From Phoronis australis (Eukaryota > Animalia > Phoronida): a stretch of 44,610 bases of DNA. The stretch spans positions 25,113 through 69,722 of the forward strand of contig NMRA01001004.1 in the NCBI GenBank assembly GCA_002633005.1, in the 5' to 3' direction. The notes below the pieces were generated by a model, which saw only the letters and a program-made list of their open reading frames with translations, did not search any database and was not told the origin of the DNA. The translations under genes were made by a program, and so were the position numbers. Shown here one piece after another: positions 36,301 through 44,610 of the stretch (the stretch's first letter is position 1; every line of letters begins with the position of its first letter).

Positions 36301-38371
36301 ACCTGCTATTCAGTGAAAAACTGGTTGTTGCTATGCAGTAGAAAACACTGGTTCTCATAGTGGGGGTCCCCTGTATGTGACTATTACCATTATGCTTTGC
36401 TCAGTGTTTTGAGCAACATGCTAGTGTTTCATTCTTGTGGTTATGATCTACATAACACAGCAGTGATTTTAGTCAACATTTTGGTCTTTTCGAAAAGTTT
36501 TTCAAAATTACAAATTTGACTCTTATTGAGGGGGCCTCCTCGTGGCAAGAGTTGGGCAGTGTGAAATGCTTGAGAACATTTGCACTGGCAAACACCCTCA
36601 CATTGACTCAAAATTAAAAACCGTGACATCATTAATGTGTTCCTAGAAAAATTACTCTCATAAGCTACAAAACACACAACATGCTAAGAAATTTGTGTAA
36701 CATTGGGAACTTTATTTTTCAGATGTATTGATTAGAAATATGGTCTAGTTTAAGGATACACTGAAGTACTAAGTCTGGGCATTAAAATTGCAGACCCATC
36801 CCCTGATAGAAACTCATTTCAGTTTTATGCTTTCCTAGCTCCTCTGTCAGGCTGTCTCCTGTTCATGCAGTGCCTCCAGGTTGCCTCTCATTACAGTCAC
36901 AATCATTGGTCGCCAACAATTTCAAGTTTGGCAACCTCTGTTGAATAATTCTGAATACACCAGTGGTGCTGGGGAATAGGTTATTAAGACCGGACTTCCA
37001 CTCACTGCCTTGTGAAAGCATAAACCATTATGAAAGTAACATCTGGGCCCAGGGTTTCAACTTTTTATTCAAGATTTTTTGTTATTTTCTATTCTACTTT
37101 TGTCTGAACTGGAGACAAGTTTCTTTTATTCTATATTTGAGTGCTTATTGATGGCAATTGATGATCCCAGCATAAGAGCTAAAAGTTCCAGTCTGAGTTC
37201 GAGGTTTTACTAGAAATCTTAAGTTTTTAGTCAAATTTTAGTTCGAATCTAGTGGTCATTAAGTACTATCTTGATCTCGCAAGAAAGTGGACTGGAAGTG
37301 ACAAAAACAATTTTGAGTTCGATTTGGATTGAAAGCTTCACTCTAGAGGTGTATTCCGAAACATGATCACATAATCCCTTTTCGGGGTTTAGATCAATAC
37401 ATACAAGACTGGGCTAGAATCTGCTTAGCCCAAAAAGCATTTAAACACATGGTGGAGAATAAGAAAACATCTGTAAATAAACTGTATTGAAAAAATGAAC
37501 CCTTTCTAAGTTACTTATACACAAAGTGTACCATTTTTCAAGCTGCTATTAATCCAACCTCTTTTTAGAACCATCATGTAACAATATAAGATTGGTCTCA
37601 TACTAACAATGTTGTTTTTGGTCGAAATAGTAGCTAGTAAATCTAATCACAATTGCACGCATGAAGATTGGCATATCCAGCAGTTGGATTTGGATACTAG
37701 TGTCCGGTGTCAATCTTCACGTGTGTGCTCGTGACTAGACTCTTGATCTTGTACTGTTCCTTACTGAGATTACATGTGGCATATTGGCTACCGTTGAACT
37801 GATAGTTTGTTATTGCTTAAGACCTGGTGCAATAACAACGGCTTTGAGCAATAACAAAGTTTGAGTTCTTCCGAGTCCACTAAGGAACAAGTTGAGACAG
37901 GGATATAAACAGGGCTTGGAATTTTCCTCTTTCAAGAGGATTTCCTATTTTTTGTTTTTATTTCCTCTTCTTTGATTTCAAGCTTCTTTTTTATCATTAT
38001 TTTGACTTGATTCATGCAAAAACATTTATTTCCGCTAAATTTTACAATACAAAAAATATTTCTATCTCGCAGGCCAGCTTGACTAGTGTAGGTGTTGAGT
38101 TTCAGTGTACTTCTGGTCCCTCGGCGACCTAGTCTTGTGATTTTTTTACCAAAGTGTGCTTTGTAAAACTTTATCTCGGCCAGTATTGTTTGGTCCCGCG
38201 ACAGATAGACTATTTTTATAGGGATAATAAGCACTGGTGTACTCTTGGTCTAGTGACGGACCCCCCTTCCCGACCTCCCCCGCTTGGCGCTATGCGCCTA
38301 GGATTTGACCTTCGTGGGAATCTTAAACCCCCCTTACTGAAAACGTGGATCCGCCACTGCTAGAGGTACAG

Positions 38372-38698
38372 TGGCGCCTCCTAATAATAGTTTTGTTTTG
38401 TTTTGCACCATAGCTGTATCTCCAAAACAACTGCAAGATCTTTCATTTAGTAAGTGGATTTACATGAAGAGACGACTTTCAGGTGGATCAAACGGTCGCT
38501 GTGCCCACAAGTGGCAATTTCATTTTTTCTGTTTTCCTTTGTTTCTCTGAATTTCCTAGACAAATTGCCTGTTTTTGGATGAATTGTACATTTTTGCGCC
38601 ATCTTGTGGCCATTTTTATGGTACAAATAAATAACCCTAAAAGCACACCATTTGCGATGCATTCGTGGGCACATTTCAACGCTTCGCGTTGCTCTTGT
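38372..38698 (+). mobile_element. 3' part of HINE family A
   Basis: Aligns with 3472-3904. subTIR GTGGGCACAT, perfect hairpin CAACGC-TTC-GCGTTG, then a T-run. Confidence 0.8.
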
Positions 38699-39092
38699 TT
38701 ATTTTATTAGTGCATCTGCATTAAATAAATGTACGTTTTCGTTTATTTTTTGGCAGCTTTCCCAGATTTCCGTAAAACTTCCAGGCTTAGATTTGGAAAT
38801 TCTGGGTGCTAGAAAAGGCAAAAAAATTGATGCTGTGACACCTGTTGTGATTCGAATACATATTATTGAAAGTATTTTTGTCTGCATTAAACTCGCCATT
38901 CTAACACAATGTGCCAGTTTATAACAATAACGCCAGATTATGTGAGACTTAACTGTGACGTCACCGGATGTGGGGCAAAAGCTTGTCGTTTGGCCCACTG
39001 ATGTAGATGTCTATGGTTTGGCCATTTGCCCGATAAAGTAGCAGAGTGTATTCTGTTGTTTACTTCGAGTTTTTAATCTTTTAATGTGAAAA

Positions 39093-39173
39093 ATGCCAAC
39101 CAAGCATTGCTGTTATGGCAAATGCAATTCAGATTCGCACTACAATTATACGTTCCATCGCATTCTGTACTAA
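39093..39173 (+). pseudogene. N-terminal THAP-like fragment
   Basis: MPTKHCCYGKCNSDSHY...: CxxxxC start typical of transposon THAP proteins, stopping after 26 aa. Confidence 0.45.
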
Positions 39174-39399
39174 TTTTGTCCCGTGTATTTTAAACGGGCG
39201 GTAGGCAAAATCTGCTTACTGATTAAGTATTCACCTCGTCAAAAATACATTCTACACCTAAAATTATCACCAATTAAGGCACTTACTTTCTTCAGTGATA
39301 CTTTCTGCTTCTAAACATATCTTCGATGAAGCATAGCTACGGGAATGCAGGTGACTCTGGAGAAGAATTCCAACTCCACTTTTTAGTTAGGGCTTACTG

Positions 39400-39650
39400 T
39401 TAACTTTGACCGTTCGCGCGCGATAACCACAAAGTATTTCAGGAGAGTATGAGGCAAAGGCTAGTGCGAGACTGAGCGAAGTGCGCGACCTGACGCGTGA
39501 CACTTGCACAATAGCATTGGAAAATATCAAGTAAAATTTGTATGATTTACGTCCCTTGGACTTTTTGTTCGTTAACAGGCGTGATTTCACGTAACTTCCT
39601 CAAAATGGCGTCCGGTGAGAGAAAATCGAGAGAACCGCGAGGTTTTCATG
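39400..39650. promoter_or_regulatory. CpG-rich promoter-like segment
   Basis: High CpG density, ETS-like ACTTCC and YY1-like CAAAATGGCG (39601-39610). Donor-like GTGAGA on + and GTAAGT on - (39286-39281). Confidence 0.35.
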
Positions 39651-40234
39651 GATATGTTCAAGTTATTTGAGGACTAAATTGTATCCAGAGTCAGGGTATG
39701 TACTAATTGTAACTGCATGTGCACATATGCATATTCCAATTGATTTTATTTACTGTATTTTGAAATGAGTAACTTTATGGGCATATAATATCGCCCCTAC
39801 AGGCATTCAGGCCTAGACCAGGTCATTCAGTGCGTTCACAGCTTCGCACAACATAACAAGTTCACATTTTCTTCGTCCATTCACAGTTATTCCACGATCC
39901 ATCTACCATCCCTTAAATCGTGTTAACGTTTTAAGCATAAAGTTGACCATCAGAACTCCAGTAAGATTTCGCATGTTTAGCAGACTCTGGGCAAAACAAG
40001 AACAATATGGCAGGTTTTGCTCTCTTTCCGGTGACGTCACATTGACTAATTGGAAACTCGCAAGAGAGCTATTGCCACACTGGAAGGTAATTCCTTGTTT
40101 TGCAAGCGTTTGGCACCATCACTTGTTGATGTCGGAGCCTCAAGGAGAGCATACAATACTTGATAATTTCCTTCAAGTATATCACTAATTGGTACAGTAC
40201 TACAAAACCTCACCACTAGTGTCTTCATCATCAG

Positions 40235-40393
40235 CATGTAGTGAACACATCCACTACCACAAGAAACTATAGGAACACCACATTTATCCACCTGCACTCT
40301 TATCAGGCTTCTATTGTGAGTCAGCATGCGTGAATAATTGGCTGATAAGCTACCTGTGGAACTACTTTTGGCTGAATGGATGACCAGGCCATA
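40235..40393 (-). repeat. Inverted copy of the 3905-4050 repeat
   Basis: Direct reverse-complement match. Confidence 0.8.
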
Positions 40394-40519
40394 AAATGAT
40401 AATTAGCCAAGACCAGTTAACTAATGCAACAAAGAATAATGTCCCAGCATCACCTTGGTGGAAAGCTGTATACTGTATTGGCTCTAATAAACGCTTAGAA
40501 AAATTCATTTCACAGGGAG

Positions 40520-41005
40520 TGGACGCTTATTGTAGCCTAAGGCAGTTGAAATCCGGTTTCGGAAACGGGTAAAATCAGAAGCTAGGATTCATCAAATTTA
40601 CGCTCTGTGATGTATTTATAGCATGCGAGTCTTTCTACAAAATTGTGGTGCATTGCTATCAAACTCCGTTGTTAAATTACGATCATTTTTCAAAAAATTG
40701 TGCTGAAATCCTAGGGTGAAAACTTGCCGACTGATATGTCGCTGAATCGCGATCGTCAATAGGAAAACTTGAATTCTTGAACAAAAATATAGTTTCGTCT
40801 CAACAAACTACCTGAAATCTTCCTTATGTTTTACAATTTTTAAAGTTCATGTGGAGTCCAGATTAATAGCGATTAAGTCCAAATCTGCGCTACATGGTAC
40901 CCCACAACATGAGAAAAATCTCTGGATGAACAAACAAGTTGTTGTCACGTGACGTTTGTTTTGAAGTTCGTCTGCATATGAGAGTGAGTGCATGTGCGGG
41001 TCATC
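40520..41005 (+). mobile_element. Fragment of the 41503-42916 family
   Basis: Aligns with 41555-42080 and 27735-28210. Confidence 0.8.
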
Positions 41006-41502
41006 AACAACAGACTTTTTTGTTACAAAAGGCGGAGGATTTTGCAAGAAAATGGCGTTTACTACATTGTTTTTCACTTAAACGGCTGCAATGCGCAAGG
41101 TGAGAGCCGTTTAACTCACAGATTTTGTGTGCACAGGCCGACGGTCGTTAGCTCTACCATATAGTAAAACATTTCAGTCCAAGGGTCGATCTACATGTTG
41201 GGGACGAGGTGACGAGGTGAACTACACGGGCTGTGTGAAATTTCTGGGTCTACCGGAGACACTGACGCAGTGGTCAACCAGCTCGCTGCATCAACACTAC
41301 AGTCAAAATCCAAATTCGTGTCCCTGTCAATAATAACGGCATGCTAAAGTTTCTTAATGTTCATTCTTCAGGAACATAACATCACATGTTTTGTACTCAC
41401 ACGTGCACGCCGCAGATCACATCTTGGAAATTTCCGATTCGACGGATGACAATGAATGAGCACAATGAAATTGCCGTTTTACAGCTTGTAAGATTCATAA
41501 TA

Positions 41503-42916
41503 CCGTATTCGCCGTAATAACCGCCCACGGCGCTTAGAAAAGTTTGGTTCAGGGGGGTGCTTATTATAACCAAAGGCAGTTGAAACCCGGTCTCCGAAAC
41601 GGGTGAAATCGAAAACTAAAGTTCATCAAATTTACGTTCTGTGACGTATATGTAAACTATGAAAGACTTTCAACAAAACTGTGGTGCATTGCTATCAAAC
41701 TTTGCTGCTAAATTACGATCATTTTACAGTAAATTGTGCTGAAATGCCAGGGCGAAAACTCGCCTACTGACTGCCTCGAAATCGCCGTCTTCGATATGGC
41801 GACTTCAATGCTTGAATAAAAATGGTTTCGACTCAAGCAAATTACCTGAAATCCTCATTAAGTTTTGTAAGTAGCATCTCTAAGATTTTTTAAGTTCCCG
41901 TGGAGTCTGGATTAACTGCAGGTTTAAGTACAAATATGTGCAACATCGTGCCATCTACATGTACATGTATGATCGGCAACACGGTGAGAAAAATGTCTGG
42001 ACAAACACACACGTTGTTGTCACGTGACGTTTGTTTTGAAGTTCGTCTGCGAGTAAGCGAGCGCGTGCATGTCACCAGAGTTCATTTGCCAAAGCAGAGA
42101 CCGTCTTTTGGCCAAAGCCACGCAATCTAACTAGCTAGATGTTTCTAAATAAATTTGCACAAGCAGTAGGCTTAAACCAGAGCGTGTTTCATTCAGCACT
42201 TGCCGGTCTCGTGCTAAAAACTTTCGACATTTGCCCATATTAGTCGCCGTGTCGCTGGATGCGTACGTGACTATCTGACAGTTATTTTTCGGTGTAAGGG
42301 TGTGTAAGCATTCACTGTCAGTTGCCATTTTATCGGATATTCGGCTTAAAAACACCAATTATGGTTAATCAAATAATCCATCTCAAAAATAACGCTAACA
42401 TGTTTTATAGTATTAGAAATTGTCGGAAATTAGTGCCAATAATCACTTCCAATCTTATCGATGCTATGCTACCCGTTTCATGAATTGATAGTTCCCGACT
42501 AATGTCTTTGATAACAGGTTCATGTATGTAGCGCGCGCTTCCTGGACACATGCGTTTAAGACCGAGTTATTTGTATTCATGAGACAGTCGATGTGTCTAC
42601 TGAAAGGTCAGATCATAGTGGGACACGGTCGTCGCGAGAGCGTAGCAACGCTGTTGCGTTCTTTTTGAAGCACTGTGTTACTTTGAAGTGTAAAGTCACG
42701 GCTAAATACAAACGTAGCAGTGCGGCTGGTGGTCTAGTGACCCCGTGCAAAATTTTTTTGATAAATTGAAGACGTTACTGTAGCCGAGTTTTAGGACTGT
42801 AGGTACATCATTGTTCGCATGAACACGTTCATGGACTGGGCGCTTATTTCAGCAAAGTCTGAAAACGCGTGGGGGGGCGCTTATAGGGGCATGGGCGGTT
42901 ATTACGGCAAATACGG
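41503..42916 (+). mobile_element. Tc1/mariner (pogo/Tc2-like) non-autonomous element, full length
   Basis: TA|CCGTATTCGCCGTAATAACCGCCCA ... TGGGCGGTTATTACGGCAAATACGG|TA: 25-bp TIR with one mismatch and a TA TSD. Subterminal GCGCTTA motifs. Confidence 0.88.
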
Positions 42917-43500
42917 TAAACATATTTTGAATATTGCAATGTATGTGTTCCAAAATTTAAATAACTTGGGTCCTATATTTTTGTATTCGTGCGCGCCAAA
43001 TGAAAGTAATCGTGAGTGTTGTTGTGTTGCAAAATCTCTTATCTTGGGCCGATTTGAAAAATTCAAAGTTGTACTCATATTTGTTTTCGCTCCTCTTTTC
43101 AAATATTACAGTAAAAACTACGTAAAACTCTCTCCATAAAAAGTACAGTCTTCTACGCTAGATTGTAATCAGCTGTTCATATCCACATGAGCGAATCCAA
43201 TTATCCTCGCTTGTGACTCGATGAACAGAGCAGTTTGACGGCATCCCTTTTATTGTGAGCTGACCAAGGTGGATAAATACGGTCTAGTTCAATCTGCCAA
43301 ACCCCACCATTTACCCTGATAGGCGGGGTTTGGGCCAATCTTATGTAGTGAGAATGTTTATAGCATGAGTATCATCGTCACTAACGTCTCGCGAATGTCT
43401 ACTAAAGTTTGGTGAAGTCCAGGACCAATATGCAAACAAATTGCAGTTCAGTTTGGGAACGTCAATAGTGCAATTAGTTGATCTGTCAACTGAGGTTTTT

Positions 43501-43644
43501 CATGGGTAGTGCAGCACTGAAAAAAGTAGGGGGCTAAAGCTCCCTCAGCCCCTGTGGTGTACTGCCTATAGACCATGTGAGGCATAGCACTGAAAAAAGT
43601 GGAGGGGTTATAGCCCCCCACCTCCCTATACTGCGCCGCCCATG
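43501..43644. repeat. Two tandem ~70-bp copies of a tiny CATGGG...CCCATG element
   Basis: AGCACTGAAAAAAGT.G.GG occurs twice (~43513 and ~43586). The outer ends are CATGGG and CCCATG. Confidence 0.55.
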
Positions 43645-44610
43645 TTTTTCTGCTAGTTTTATTTCATTTTAATCGTACAGTGGACATTTTATGATCACTA
43701 AGTAATAACTAAACCATTTCAATGTTTTTCGTTTTAAAATTGCTTCAATTAATACTACATGTACCCCCAAAAACGTCCGCATTCATTTGTCGCGATTCTA
43801 CTCGAGGATTCCATCGATAGGGCATTCCCTGAGTATGCATGACAAGTGAGATAAGTCTTTATTTTGATACATAAACAAGTCAACAAATATGGATTTTCTC
43901 AACTACAAGGATTATAACAACAATTTTTAAGAATGTACTCCTAACTGCTACAAAACTCATTCAAATTGCAACAATGACGAACCGTTTTCCACGGTTTTAT
44001 ACAAACCATGAATATGATCTCGCGAGATTTTAGCCTCATCACCTGTTTTTGCAGTATTCTGTAAAAGTAAAGTGCCATATGTGACAGACCAGTTGCCAAC
44101 TGACTAGAGCGACGTCTTTCATGAAAATGAACGATCTAGGAGTAACTAAAGAAATTGACACGCGCAGTAAAGCAGAATGTGTTTTATTTAGCACTTGCAG
44201 GTCTCATCTGCTAAAAAACGTTCGAAAATTGTCATGGTAAGGCCTACATTAAAGAGGTCGATTCACAGCTATTTATTTGCAGTTAAAAAATATGTATACA
44301 CATGTGCTGACTGTTAATAAAGATTGCTTATAAACCACATTTCTTTTTATTTCACATCCCATATTCTTCTATTATTCGTTTAAAACACGCTCCCACTTCC
44401 CCACAAAATTTCGAGAACAGAAAATTTTCAACTTCGGCTATCTTCGGAAACACGTCACGTCCGGAAGCGGACCCGATCACTGCCGAGTCTGTCCATAGGT
44501 TTGTACTGGGACTATCTGGCACAAATGGAAGCTTTCTGTTTGTTAGAATGGGTTTATTATGCAACTTTTGCCAATTAATTCTCTGAAATGTGACACATAT
44601 GCGCATGGTC

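Noticed and set aside
37932-38234. Lys/Glu-rich ORF as an upstream MXRA7 exon
   Set aside because: Low-complexity A-rich sequence beside a repeat-like end, with no splice donor before the stop.
13438-38698. HINE 5' half (13.4 kb) and 3' half (38.4 kb) as one giant element capturing an MXRA7 exon
   Set aside because: The family is multi-copy in this window, no TSD links the breakpoints, and independent fragments are more parsimonious.

Overview
AT-rich, repeat-dense animal genomic DNA (probably a marine invertebrate; inference), not prokaryotic. Most six-frame ORFs are noise. Host genes: the last two coding exons of EME1 on + (6431-6487, 11926-12036) and a terminal exon of an MXRA7-like gene on - (27227-27424), which converge. 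The rest is largely transposon-derived, and many boundaries can be resolved by TSDs/TIRs. (1) A 1176-bp Helitron-type tandem array with hairpin+CTAG ends. (2) Several Helentron/HINE-type elements, one family carrying a CTCF-like motif in most ~145-bp core repeats. (3) Two THAP-bearing, TTAA-flanked Kolobok-like elements, one with ~315-bp TIRs that both include the THAP start. (4) Three solo LTRs. (5) A BEL/Pao remnant holding a mini Gypsy with a 74-bp LTR, next to a second Gypsy interrupted by an RNase H-bearing LINE. (6) Pogo/Tc2- and Harbinger-like MITEs and minisatellites. Protein and TE family names come from recalled motifs, not database searches. I see no clear new multi-gene system; the strongest leads are TE architecture.
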